DNA of 64,000 nucleotides from Balanoglossus misakiensis. Its lineage: Eukaryota > Animalia > Hemichordata. A program made the translations under genes and the position numbers. A model generated the notes under the pieces. The model worked only from the letters and a program-made list of their open reading frames with translations, was not told where the DNA came from and ran no database searches. The stretch spans positions 1,736,001 through 1,800,000 of the forward strand of contig CM082590.2 of NCBI GenBank assembly GCA_040954595.2. Reading direction: 5' to 3'. Each line of letters starts with the position of its first letter. Positions within the stretch are counted from its first letter, which is position 1. Shown one piece after another: positions 42,901 to 56,580 of the stretch.

Positions 42901-45900
42901 TGAAGTCAGTACATTGTAAACAGAATACCAGAGTTGTAATAATTTGTCTGGTCACAATATGTCTATAGACACATCATGTACATGGACATGAATGCATAAT
43001 GGACCCAGATCATTTATGAAGTCAATATGAACAACTTTATTTGATGTCAGTGCATTGTTAACAGAATACCACAGTTGTAATAATGTGTCAGGTCACAATA
43101 TGTCTATAGACACATCATGTACATAGGCATGAATGCAAGAATGGACACAGATCATTTATGAAGTCAATGTGAACAACTTTACTTGAAGTCAGTACATTGT
43201 AAACAGAATACCACAGTTGTAATAATTTGTCTGGACACAATATGTCTATAGACACATCACGTACATGGACATGAATGCAAGAAGGGACACAGATTATTTA
43301 TGAAGTCAATGTGAACAACTTTACTTGAAGTCAGTACATTGTAAACAGAATACCACAGTTGTAATAATTTGTCTGCTCACAATATGTCTATAGACACATC
43401 ATGTACATGGACATGAATGCAAGAATGGACACAGATCATTTATGAAGTCAATATGAACAACATTACTTGAAGTCAGTACATTGTAAACAGAAGACCAGAG
43501 TTGTCATAATTTGTCTGATCACAATATGTCTATAGACACATCACGTACATGGACATGAATGCAAGAATGGACACAAATCATTTATGAAGTCAATGTGAAC
43601 AACTTTACTTGAAGTCAGTACATTGTAAACAGAATACCAGAGTTGTAATAATTTGTCTGGTCACAATATGTCTATAGACACATCATGTACATGGACATGA
43701 ATGCAGAATGGACCCAGATCATTTATGAAGTCAATGTGAACAACTTTACTTGAAGTCAGTACATTTTAAACAGAATACCACAGTTGTAATAATTTGTCTG
43801 CTCACAATATGTCTATAGACACATCATGTACATGGACATGAATGCAAGAATGGACACAGATCATTTATGAAGTCAATATGAACAACATTACTTGAAGTCA
43901 GTACATTGTAAACAGAAGACCAGAGTTGTCATAATTTGTCTGATCACAATATGTCTATAGACACATCACGTACATGGACATGAATGCAAGAATGGACACA
44001 AATCATTTATGAAGTCAATGTGAACAACTTTACTTGAAGTCAGTACATTGTAAACAGAATACCAGAGTTGTAATAATTTGTCTGGTCACAATATGTCTAT
44101 AGACACATCATGTACATGGACATGAATGCAGAATGGACCCAGATCATTTATGAAGTCAATATGAACTACTTTATTTGATGTCAGTACATTGTTAACAGAA
44201 TACCACAGTTGTAATAATTTGTCAGGTCACAATATGTCTATAGACACATCATGTACATAGGCATGAATGCAAGAATGGACACAGATCATTTATGAAGTCA
44301 ATGTGAACAACTTTACTTGAAGTCAGTACATTGTAAACAGAATACCACAGTTGTAATAATTTGTCTGGACACAATATGTCTATAGACACATCACGTACAT
44401 GGACATGAATGCAAGAATGGACACAGATCATTTATGAAGTCAATGTGAACAACTTTACTTGAAGTCAGTACATTGTAAACAGAATACCACAGTTGTAATA
44501 ATTTGTCTGCTCACAATATGTCTATAGACACATCATGTACATGGACATGAATGCAAGAATGGACACAAATCATTTATGAAGTCAATGTGAACAACTTTAC
44601 TTGAAGTCAGTACATTGTAAACAGAATACCAGAGTTGTAATAATTTGTCTGGTCACAATATGTCTATAGACACATCATGTACATGGACATGAATGCATAA
44701 TGGACCCAGATCATTTATGAAGTCAATATGAACAACTTTATTTGATGTCAGTGCATTGTTAACAGAATACCACAGTTGTAATAATGTGTCAGGTCACAAT
44801 ATGTCTATAGACACATCATGTACATAGGCATGAATGCAAGAATGGACACAGATCATTTATGAAGTCAATGTGAACAACTTTACTTGAAGTCAGTACATTG
44901 TAAACAGAATACCACAGTTGTAATAATTTGTCTGGACACAATATGTCTATAGACACATCACGTACATGGACATGAATGCAAGAAGGGACACAGATTATTT
45001 ATGAAGTCAATGTGAACAACTTTACTTGAAGTCAGTACATTGTAAACAGAATACCACAGTTGTAATAATTTGTCTGCTCACAATATGTCTATAGACACAT
45101 CATGTACATGGACATGAATGCAAGAATGGACACAGATCATTTATGAAGTCAATATGAACAACATTACTTGAAGTCAGTACATTGTAAACAGAAGACCAGA
45201 GTTGTCATAATTTGTCTGATCACAATATGTCTATAGACACATCACGTACATGGACATGAATGCAAGAATGGACACAAATCATTTATGAAGTCAATGTGAA
45301 CAACTTTACTTGAAGTCAGTACATTGTAAACAGAATACCAGAGTTGTAATAATTTGTCTGGTCACAATATGTCTATAGACACATCATGTACATGGACATG
45401 AATGCAGAATGGACCCAGATCATTTATGAAGTCAATGTGAACAACTTTACTTGAAGTCAGTACATTTTAAACAGAATACCACAGTTGTAATAATTTGTCT
45501 GCTCACAATATGTCTATAGACACATCATGTACATGGACATGAATGCAAGAATGGACACAGATCATTTATGAAGTCAATATGAACAACATTACTTGAAGTC
45601 AGTACATTGTAAACAGAAGACCAGAGTTGTCATAATTTGTCTGATCACAATATGTCTATAGACACATCACGTACATGGACATGAATGCAAGAATGGACAC
45701 AAATCATTTATGAAGTCAATGTGAACAACTTTACTTGAAGTCAGTACATTGTAAACAGAATACCAGAGTTGTAATAATTTGTCTGGTCACAATATGTCTA
45801 TAGACACATCATGTACATGGACATGAATGCAGAATGGACCCAGATCATTTATGAAGTCAATATGAACTACTTTATTTGATGTCAGTACATTGTTAACAGA

Positions 45901-47145
45901 ATACCACAGTTGTAATAATTTGTCAGGTCACAATATGTCTATAGACACATCATGTACATAGGCATGAATGCAAGAATGGACACAGATCATTTATGAAGTC
46001 AATGTGAACAACTTTACTTGAAGTCAGTACATTGTAAACAGAATACCACAGTTGTAATAATTTGTCTGGACACAATATGTCTATAGACACATCACGTACA
46101 TGGACATGAATGCAAGAATGGACACAGATCATTTATGAAGTCAATGTGAACAACTTTACTTGAAGTCAGTACATTGTAAACAGAATACCACAGTTGTAAT
46201 AATTTGTCTGCTCACAATATGTCTATAGACACATCATGTACATGGACATGAATGCAAGAATGGACACAGATCATTTATGAAGTCAATGTGAACAACTTTA
46301 CTTGAAGTCAGTACATTGTAAACAGAAGGCCAGAGTTGTCATAATTTGTCTGATCACAATATGTCTGTAGACATATCACGTATATGGACATGAATGCAAG
46401 AATGGACACAAATAATTTATGAAGTCAATGTGAACAAGTTTACTTGAAGTCAGTACATTGTAAACAGAATACCACAGTTGTAATAATTTGTCTGGTCACA
46501 ATATGTCTATAGACACATCATGTACCGGTACATGGACATGAATGCAAGAATGGACACAGATCATTTATGAAGTCAATGTGAACAACTTTACTTGAAGTCA
46601 GTACATTGTAAACAGAATACCACAGTTGTAATAATTTGTCTGGTCACAATATGTCTATAGACACATCATGTACATGGACATGAATGCAAGAATTGACCCA
46701 GATCATTTATGAAGTCAATATGAACAACTTTATTTGATGTCAGTATATTGTAAACAGAATACCAGAGTTGTAATAATTTGTCTGGTCACAATATGTCTAT
46801 AGACACATCATGTACATGGACATGAATGCAAGAATTGACCCAGATCATTTATGAAGTCAATGTGAACAACTTTACTTGAAGTCAGTACATTGTAAACAGA
46901 ATACCAGAGTTGTAATAATTTGTCTGGTCACAATTTGTCTATAGACACATCATGTACATGGACATGAATGCAAGAATGGACCCAGATCATTTATGAAGTC
47001 AATGTGAACAACTTTACTTGAATTCAGTACATTGTAAACAGAATACCAGAGTTGTAATAATTTGTCTGATCACAATATGTCTATAGACACATCACGTACA
47101 TGGACATGAATGCAAGAATGGTCACAGCTTATTCGTAAAGACAAT
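39970..47145. repeat. 142-bp satellite array, block 3 (~50 monomers), ending in a degenerate last monomer
   Basis: Same monomer; decays at GGTCACAGCTTATTCGTAAAGACAATA. Confidence 0.97.
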
Positions 47146-47977
47146 ATCTTGTCAAACGAACCCCAAAACAAATTCTTAGCAAGTCCATAAGGAAGCTTCC
47201 TTTATTGCGAAATATCTACTCAGAAATTTCATAAACACAATAGCTAACATTCTATATTCAGTTTTTTTCAGTTGATTGGTTAGGTCATTATTTTTGGCAG
47301 ATTTTTATGAGCGATGAAAGATTTCTTTGAATTAATTACTTTTGTATGTTAACCAGAAAAATGGCTAATGTGGAAGACAGTTTTCTAAAGAAAATACTGA
47401 AAATGAGTGTAGAATAATGTCCGTAGAATGGTATTGCTTTCCAAGGCATTTTGTTAAGCAGTACACATACAATATGTTTGCACAAGTACAGTATTCAATC
47501 TTCTCTTCATAAAATCTGTTCTGTTCGCATGATAGCAACTCATCAACAATTGGGAAAATGATTAAAGACCTTTTTAACAGGGAAAGTATTCTACTTTAAT
47601 GTTTTCTACTTTCACTTCATAACAGGTGATGGGAAGTCCACCAAATGTTCACAATATCACTCTTACCAAAACTCTGAGAATTTTTATATGTAAGTATAAT
47701 TGTCACAATTTAAACAAACTAAAAATGATCTTGAAAAATGTGATCGGAAACTGAGGGATTTCAAAGAGAGATTTCTAAGTTTTTTTCCAACATGAAGAAA
47801 CAACAGTCAGAAGAATTTTGCTTCTTCACTCAGCACTGAATGTCTGTGGCTGTTTATTGAAGTGTTATGTATGCAAAGTTGAGAGATTGGGGCATAGACG
47901 CCATTTTTTTATCTTAGCCATGGGAAGGGTGAAGATTATTGACTAATTGTAGCGTGAAGGTGTAATGTTTTTATTCT

Positions 47978-48062
47978 ATACATAGATTGGTACATAGATA
48001 CATAGATACATACATACATACATACATACATACATACATACATACATACAGACATACATACA
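47978..48062. repeat. (TACA)n microsatellite with TAGA variants
   Basis: Directly visible tetranucleotide run. Confidence 0.9.
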
Positions 48063-50592
48063 CACAACATAAAAGGTGCTAATTAAACAAGCCATACCAA
48101 TATCTTGTATTTTTTTTACTTTTATCAAAATGTATGATTGATGCTCTTTGGATGAAGATATTATTAAAACTTTAATGCTGAAATATTCATCTGTTGTAAA
48201 CATATTCCTACGCCTAGTAGTTCATTGGACAGATTCATGAAAAATTTCAAAATACATTTTTGGCATCAAAAACTCATAACTCATATTTAAGATTGTGTAT
48301 TACACGGCAAACTGCCCAGAGGGGCAAATGAAAAAAAAAAATATTGAATTGAATTTTTTTATGATTTCTGGGATGAGTATACCTTCTACAATGCATTGAA
48401 AAAAAAGTACGTTTGGCAATAGAAAAAATGCTGTAAACATACAGTGGGTGAAAATAACTGGGTCACATACCAAAATCTTTAACCCCCCTGAAATCGAATG
48501 GTTTTTCACACCTCAATTTTTTTCTTAAAGTAATTGAAGTTTATAATAGTATATCGCTGCAAAAAAGAATGAATACTGAAAAAAATGACAAGTCAATACA
48601 ATTATTGGTAGGATTGGTAAAACAAGAAAAGTGGCGGGGGTGGGTGTGGCAGGGGTTGTCCCCCTCCCAGATAAGACTTTTTTTTTAAAATAACGGGCTG
48701 AAAGTTGCATTTTAATGAACTCAAAAGCAAATTAACTCAATATTGGGGAGGACCAATTTTACATTATCCACTCAACTCAAAGTACGCATCGGTGTGGTGG
48801 GGTGGCAAGTAGTCTGCCCTTGTACACTAGACAAACCAGGCAATAAATGAAATTTGGCGAAGAATGAAGGGGGTTGGTTGTCCCTTTCCACATTATAAAA
48901 TTTTGTAAAATAAAGGGCGCAAAACTGCAATTTGGTGGACTCAAAGCAAAAGTTTTGTGGCAAAAGTATGTGACCCCTCTAAACGTTTTTAAAACTTTCT
49001 GACTTCAAAATTTGAGTGACCCCCCCCCCCTGGATTTTGCCGCCCCCCCCCCCCCCGCCGTAAAAACTGAATGTTCCCTTAGCCATAAACGCGCCTTCAT
49101 TAATAAATTTGAAGAATAAGAGATCCTCTCCGTAGATAGGCCTTATTGGGGGTCAAAACTACCGAAAGAAGACCCTGCCATAACTCCCCTTTTAAACCAA
49201 CTAATTCACACCGGGTTAGGTTTATTTCTTTCATATTTGAATGAGAATTAAAATGCCGCAGGAAATTCTGCTGGCGTCCTTACGATACGAGATCGAGATC
49301 TTTCAAAAGTTCCACAGAATATACCCCAGGAGGGCGCTGTTGCTGACCTTCGACCCGTTGCCTTTGACCCGTTTAGTGTCTTTGTTGTAAACACATGTGT
49401 GACATGCAGGCTAGCGAATCTGCCAGTTTTTTCTGTCGTCAACTCCAATGTCGCCGTTTCTATGGACGTTACTTAGCCAGTGTTCGTTACACATCCAGGA
49501 CGGTGTCATATTTCTCTGAAAGAATAGCGGAAAAGTCCGAAAAGTGCGAAGCCAAGGAGCGAGTAACCAGCTGTTTTCTGCAAGTCATGGGTTCAAGCCC
49601 CCCCACACTGTCCACCATTCCTATATACAGATTTGGCGGAGTGAGTATTGAAACATTACAGTATTTAGTGTGTTTTAAGATTTCACAGATAGTTTTCACG
49701 ACTAAATGTGTGGGTAGAATCACATTCGTCGAAATAACACTGCTGAAGTCCCCTGATTCAGTCCGAAATCAAGGTAAGCTTGAGACATGGACGTTCGACA
49801 ATCAGTTTCCTCTGTTGATTTCGCCCTATCGCAACTCAGTAACTGGGGCCGAGTGATGCTCCATACATTAAAGTTCATGACTATTGACACCAATTGCAAA
49901 ATATCAATGTCAAGGCGTGCTTTCAGAGAATATTCAACCAGAAAACCAACAACAATTGATGACCTCAAGTGACCTTTACTGGTTGAATCAGGCGACCACT
50001 GCAGTGTGATTCCAACGTTTGTGGGTAGAACATAGGGAGCTCTTCCTCCTTGTTTGTAGTGTATGTGTGTCTTTGTTTAATATAAAAATGTGTGACAAAA
50101 ATATGTATGTTTACAAATATGGTCATGATTGTTTGTTTGTTGAGAGGTTAAGGGGATTAACCCTTTCTGTGGAATATACCCACAAAGGTGAACGAATTTG
50201 TAAACAAACATATTTTTCACAGAGTTATTTTATTATATCCGCATTGCATCCAGCGTGATCGCAGAAAACATCACCAATAATCCAAAATTGGAGTTGATGG
50301 CTTTATTTGGGACTATCATTATTTGGTTATAGTCCATGGGCCAGAGACCGACAAACTCTCCCCCCCCCCCCCCGCCCCCGGCACCCAAGGAGTTTTTTTG
50401 CAGACATATATTTGGGAAAGCCTGTTTATCCAGCTGTCAGAATGAGGTTGTTTGCACTCAAATTAATGATTGGTGTGGCTGTGAGGAGCGGTTGTCATAG
50501 TAATGACAGCATAATTTTAGGGGTATTCATACAGTTAAAAAATAAAATATTTCAGGATCTGAGAAAGCTAGAGATAAAATTCAAACATTCAG

Positions 50593-53500
50593 TATGGGGA
50601 CCCGTTCTGGTCAAAATTGTAGTTTATTAATAAAATGTGTTAGAATTAATTTAATAGAGCCTGGAATTAATTTTACCAGTATATAGAATTATTTTTTATG
50701 TGCTTTAATTATTTTTTGTAGTCATGCAGAATTAATTTTATGTGTTCTAAATAATTATTTTAGCTTATCTTTGTTAGAAATAATTTTGCCAACATCTCGA
50801 ATTATTTTTACGTGTAGACTCGAATTAATTTCAGGTGTAGTGACGAATTAATATCTCGTGTTTGGTCGAATTAATTTCACGTGTTGTGTCGAATTAATTT
50901 TACGTTGTGTCGAATTAATATTGCCCACATAATCCTTTGCGCGTAAATCAAGATGGCGGCGGCTGGGCATGTCTTTCTCGCCGCATAAAGTTCGAAAAAG
51001 GGCCGTTGTACAAGTTGTGAGAAGGTTTGGGGTGATTTGCTGTCCGATATAAATGCAGTGTGCTCGAAAACGGCGATCGGTGCACGAGTTTTGGTCTACA
51101 GACAGAATTTTCTTGTCAAACCACTCAAAACCACTACCAGTTGGTGTAATCGCCAGCCTTGCTATGGTATAGCCCAGTTTTGCATACATTGTTCTTGGCG
51201 AGGAGGCCGTGTAACGCCGGGAACACACAGACCTGTACGCAGAGCTAGCTGTTGCCCCACGTTGCCAGTTCGCCTCGATCGAATAAATTTTGACATCTGA
51301 ACATACGAAAATTTTGTTGATTTGTAATTTTCAGAACTAAGAAATAGCTGTAGGGCCCAGATCCCGGGAAACGGCAAATAAAATATTCCTTAATATTTCT
51401 TCATAAACTCAAGTTTTGTTTAAATAAATTTAAATTAAAAGGACAAAGTCTCTCTCTACATAACCATATTTAATGATAGCTTGCATTCTAGATTTACAAC
51501 TGATAAGTGTGGGGCGAGAGTAGACGGGCAGACCCCGAAGTCTCCACCTCCTGTAGGCTGCATTCACAAACACCTCTGGAGGGGGGGGGGGGGGGGAATT
51601 CAATTTGTTTAATTATTTTTTGTAGTCATGCAGAATTAATTTTATGTGTTCTAAATAATTATTTTAGCTTATCTTTGTTAGAAATAATTTTGCCAACAAT
51701 ATCTCAAATTATTTTTACGTGTACAATCGAATTAATTACAGGTGTAGTGTCGAATTAATTACATGTGAAGTGTCGAATTAATTTCACCTGTTGTGTCGAA
51801 TTAATTTTACGTTGTGTCGAATTAATATTGCCCCCACAATCCTCTGCGCGTAAATCAAGATGGCGGCGGCTGAGCATGTCTTTCTCGCTGCATAAAGTTC
51901 AAAAAGGGCTGTTGTACAAGTTGTGAGACGTTTTGGGGCGGTTTGCTGTCCAATATAAATGCAGTGTGCTCGATAACGGCGATCGGTGCACGAGTTTTGG
52001 TCTACAGACGGAATTTTCTAGTCACTAAGCAGTTGGGATAATTGCCAGCATTGCCTATGGCAATGCTAGTGACTTGTGGTGTGGAGGCATCGCCGGTATC
52101 GGTAAAGGCCGAGTTACACCATAAGGAGCCGCTAAAATTAAGCACTAAAGTCCCCCTTTCTTGAGGAACTTTGCATTAACGCTGTTTCAATATACTTCTT
52201 TCTACAGTGAACATTAATTGCTGAACAATCTCTGTACTTGTTTATGTTTCTGTGTTACCCCACACCATAGACGTAAAAAGAGATATATTGACAGTAAGGC
52301 TGCATTCATAAACACCTCTGGAGGGGGGGGGGGAGAATTGAGGGGGATTTGAAAAAAAAATGAGGGTATGTAAGGGGGAATTTGAAATAATTTAGGGACT
52401 GAAAGGGGCGACGTGAAAACTTTGACGACGAAATATTTATTTTGAGTCCACAAAAATACAGTTTCGGGCCCTTTATTTTACAAAATTTTCTAATACCCAC
52501 CCCCTCCATTCATCAACACCTTTCAATCATTGACTGGTTTATCTAGTGTCCCAGGTCAGGGGACTTGCCCCCACCCCATGATAACTTTGAGCGGCGACGG
52601 TTAAATTTGTCCTCCCCAACATACTGGTAGTTGAGTTAATTTGCTTTTGCCAGGTTCATTAAAATGTAGCTTTGAGCTCGTATTTTATAAAATTTTCTTA
52701 CGTGGGAGGGGGAAACCCCTCCCAAACCCACCCCCTTCAATTCTCAGGTTTTCAATGTCTCCCAACACAGAATACAAATTCTTAAAAATAAAAACAATGT
52801 TCAGTTTTAATACCCACTGATAAGGGGAAACATCAGTTTCAAATTCTGTTCATGGTAGCGCTGTTTTTCTTTTTTTACAAGATAGATAGGTGATGTTTTT
52901 TGCTCTGTGAAAGAAAATAGGGGTGGGGGGGTTCAAATTTTTGGCAGTTCAGAAGGGGGGATTTGAAAATATTATGGGTGTGTATGGGGCATGTGAAAAT
53001 TAGCGGTAAAAAATTGAATTCTCTCCCCCCCCCCTCCAGAGGTGTTTGTGAATGCAGCCTACAGGAGGTGGAGACTTGGGCGTCTACCCCTCTACTCTCT
53101 ATGCCCCACACCCTCTCTTATCAGTTGTAAATCTAGAATGCAAGCTATGCAATTTCCAATTAAATATGGTTATGTAGAGAGAGACTTTGTCCTTTTAATT
53201 CAAATTTATTTACACAAAACTTGAGTTTACAAGGAAATATTAAGGAATACTTTATTCGTCGTTTCCCAGGGTCTGGGCCCAACAGCTATTTCTTAGTTCT
53301 GAAAATAACAAATTAACACAATTTTCGTATGTTCAGATGTCAAAATTTATTCAAACGAGGCGAACTGGCAACACGGGGCAACAGCTAGCTCTGCGTACAG
53401 GTCTGTGAGTTCCCGCCATGTCACGGCCTCCACACCGAGAACACTGTACGCAGAGCTGGGCTATAACATAGCAAGGCTGGCGATTACACCAACTGGTAGT

Positions 53501-53997
53501 GGTTTTGAGTGGTTTGACTAGAAAATTCCGTCTGTAGACCATAACTCGTGCACTGATCGCCGTTTTTCGAGCACGATGCATTTATATTTGACAGCAAATC
53601 GCCCCAAAACGTCTCACAACTTGTACAACAACCCCTTTTTGAACTTTATGCAGCGAGAAAGACATCCTCAGCCGCCGCCATCTTGATTTACGCGCGAAGG
53701 ATTGTGGGGGCAATATTAATTCGACACAACACGTGAAATTAATTCGACACTACACCTGTAATTAATTCGAGTCTACACGTAAAAATAATTCGAGATGTTG
53801 GCAAAATTATTTCTAACAAAGATAAGCTAAAATAATTATTTAGAACACATAAAATTATTTCTGCATGACTACAAAAAATAATTAAAGCACATAAAAAATA
53901 ATTCTATACACTGGTAAAAGTAATTCCAGGCTCTATAAAATTAATTCTAACATGTTGTATTAATAAACTACAATTTTGACCAGAACGGGCCCTCATA
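50593..53997. mobile_element. Non-autonomous foldback element with ~1-kb inverted arms (50593-51606, 53011-53997); TAT...ATA termini, possibly IS3EU-related
   Basis: TATGGGGACCCGTTCTGGTCAAAATTG ... CAATTTTGACCAGAACGGGCCCTCATA, with periodic ~21-23-bp CGAATTAATT subrepeats. A partial direct copy of the arm lies at ~51608-52024. No TSD and no coding capacity. Confidence 0.75.
52278..53059. mobile_element. MITE-like element (PIF/Harbinger-like ends)
   Basis: GGCTGCATTCATAAACACCTCTGGAGGGG ... CCCCTCCAGAGGTGTTTGTGAATGCAGCC; flanks TAA/TAC are an imperfect TSD. Confidence 0.55.
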
Positions 53998-54769
53998 GAT
54001 ACCGGTAGTACATGTAACTTTGGGTAATTTTTCTCAATGTTTATCTTGTGTTTTCATTGCCTGTTCTACTTGTGTCTGAACATATTTCAAACTTCATTAG
54101 CTGTAACTTTTCAGTTTGTTTTCAGTATGTTTGTTTTAAGTATTTACTGCAGTGTCTTCTTCAGATCCCTGAATCATGATGAAATATAGGTGTGTCTAGC
54201 CAGTATTGTTTTTCTATATTTGAATTCAAGTCTGGACTAGAATTCATTTCTATACCCGTTACACACATACAGGTTATGTTGACAAGTGGAGTTCTGGGTA
54301 GAGCATGTGTTACAGTTAATGTCCCTTTAAATATCACATACATACATGTGTCTAGTTTTGTACATGCAACTCATAGTATGTTATAATTATTGATTGACTG
54401 TCAAATATCCTCCTGTTGTTTAATTAAATGTAAATATTGTTTGTTGTAGAATAGAAAGCACAATTCTTCTAGTTCCATAGATATCAGTGCTCATTTTAAA
54501 GCTGAAAGTGACATTTTCAACACTAAATGCAAGAAAATGTAACTAAATATTTTAATTTTGCAGTCAAAATGCAACACAGTCAGCTCCTAACTGCATTTAA
54601 AATCCAAACACATGGTGTTATATTCTTGGTAATAAGCAAAGATCTGTATCCTATCCACAAAGTATATATCATTCACACAGTATTATCTTAATGCAGGTTA
54701 TGAAATTGCTAGAAACATTGTAATATTTGGATGATATTTAAAGAAAAGTAATTATATTTATATTAACAG

Positions 54770-54838
54770 AATGTAAAAGTTACGAAGATTTAGCGTAGAA
54801 TGATGATGTGATGTCTGTAAGAGCTGTTCCAATACATG
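54770..54838 (+). pseudogene. Possible short phase 1-1 exon with in-frame stop
   Basis: TAACAG|AATGT...CATG|GTGAGT; 69 nt reading ECKSYEDLA*NDDVMSVRAVPIH. Confidence 0.35.
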
Positions 54839-55639
54839 GTGAGTGAATTTCAAAACCTTTTGTTCAATCAACCTTTCTACTGTCCTGTGATTCCAAAAGT
54901 AATTGAAATATCATTACACATGTACCTGTATATAGTGCAGACTGTAAATAGCTGATTTCTACATAATTTGGTAGCTTTGAGGTCACTCTTTCAGAAAAAA
55001 ACATATTGTCATGTATAAGTCGTCAGATTTTTTACAAAATCGAGGGAAAGTTGGCAGAATGTCTAATATGGCCTTAACTGTAATTTGAATCATGGGAAAA
55101 AAAGCGCCAGGACCAACTTCTACCCACCTTGGTGTAGGTGATACCATTTTCCAATGGGTGTAACTGCGTGACTGCTTGGGTAATTACTTGGATAATTTCA
55201 CGAGGTCAATTTAGAAAATGTTATTCTTGGTTACAAACCTATCTACAGTCATCCACTTTTAATATAGAATTGTAAACATTACATTGTCATATCTGTTTCA
55301 AAGTAGTGTTTTCGCTTCAGGGGTACATTTATACAACATAATATTAACAGCATTAGAGCAAAAACGAGTTTCAATATATTTTACAAATGACTACAATTTA
55401 TGCATCAATTACTCAACAAGAAAAATAATTCCATTTCAGCAATTATTGGAAGAAAATTCTTGAGTCTGAGATGTAAATATTTTGTCAATCAACTGTCCTT
55501 GCTGAATGTCTTTTTATATATTATTTTTTTTATCAAAACATGATATATCTATATGATACATGTAAGATTTACTTATAATAAATGAATGGAAATAAAATGC
55601 ATTAAAAGTATATAAATAAAGTAGATCTTTTTATTGCAG

Positions 55640-55902
55640 GTGCCACACCAACAAGTCATCTGTCACCTGGACAACCAAGTCAAATTGGAAGTCAGTCTCC
55701 ACAACAACTGCCATCCTCTCAACAGAAACTGACTCAACCAAGTCAGCCCCAGATGCAGGGCCAAGGTCAAAGGTCATCAATGCCTTTTGGCCAGCCTACC
55801 ACTTTTCCCAACCAACCAGTATCCACTGTCACAGCAAACAGGATACACCAACCCAATGTGACTGTTTCAAGTATCCCCATGACACAATTTTCGTCCACCC
55901 AG
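55640..55902 (+). pseudogene. Gln/Pro/Ser/Thr-rich linker exon
   Basis: TTATTGCAG| acceptor, open frame ATPTSHLSPGQPSQ...TQFSSTQ, CAG|GTACAG donor; the exit phase does not match the next exon. Confidence 0.55.
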
Positions 55903-56440
55903 GTACAGTTGTGGTCTACCTTCTACTTTATGAGATTTAAATTAGCTGTTTCTAGTTACCCATCCTGTGAATTGAAAACTGTTTTTGACTGTTTCACATA
56001 GAAGTCAAAATGGTGGTTTGAATACTGCCTAATGATAATGCTTCATATTAACTAGGTTTGTTACTCTTTTTGGACAGGCAACTTCACCAAATGTATACAT
56101 AACAGTAAATACCAATACATAACACAATGTATATGGACTGTAACAGAGTAGCCACTTTATAGAGGTGGCAACTAACACGGGTTTGACTGTAACATCTGTT
56201 ATGTTGCCATGGCAGTCATTTACTGTTAATTTGATTATACCGAGGAAAAAATATTCAAGTTCCCTTTCTTATATTCTCATATCAGTGGCAGAGTACGCCA
56301 GTGTCATTGTAAAATTTTGTTGACATTTTTGCTAGGTTAGCTGTAGTAGGTGTTGGCTATTTTTTTCAGTATTTTTAATCCAAGGAATTAAAGTGAATTC
56401 AATGCTTGTAAATAATTTCTAATTTCTTCTTACCCTCCAT

Positions 56441-56563
56441 ATATGAATGAATGTCACAGTGGTGGATATGCATGTCAACACTATTGTCAGAATACCCATG
56501 GTAGTTATCTCTGCGCTTGCAGACCAGGATTCTATCTGCTGGAAGATGGCCATGCATGTGGCG
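56441..56563 (+). pseudogene. Calcium-binding EGF-like exon with non-canonical acceptor
   Basis: (D)MNECHSGGYACQHYCQNTHGSYLCACRPGFYLLEDGHACG; 123 nt, phase 1-1, donor G|GTATGT. The acceptor reads CAT instead of CAG after a pyrimidine tract. Confidence 0.82.
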
Positions 56564-56580
56564 GTATGTAACTGTGGATT

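Noticed and set aside
4632-46132. Many 60-67 aa ORFs (MICVHSCIHVHV...) on the minus strand
   Set aside because: Chance read-through of satellite monomers where a variant removes a stop; 142 is not a multiple of 3.
1-47145. CRISPR-like array
   Set aside because: No unique spacers and no cas genes; the context is eukaryotic with spliceosomal introns.
49248-53581. ORFs of 60-153 aa in the unique and foldback region
   Set aside because: No recognisable domains; the ORFs are not conserved between the inverted arms.
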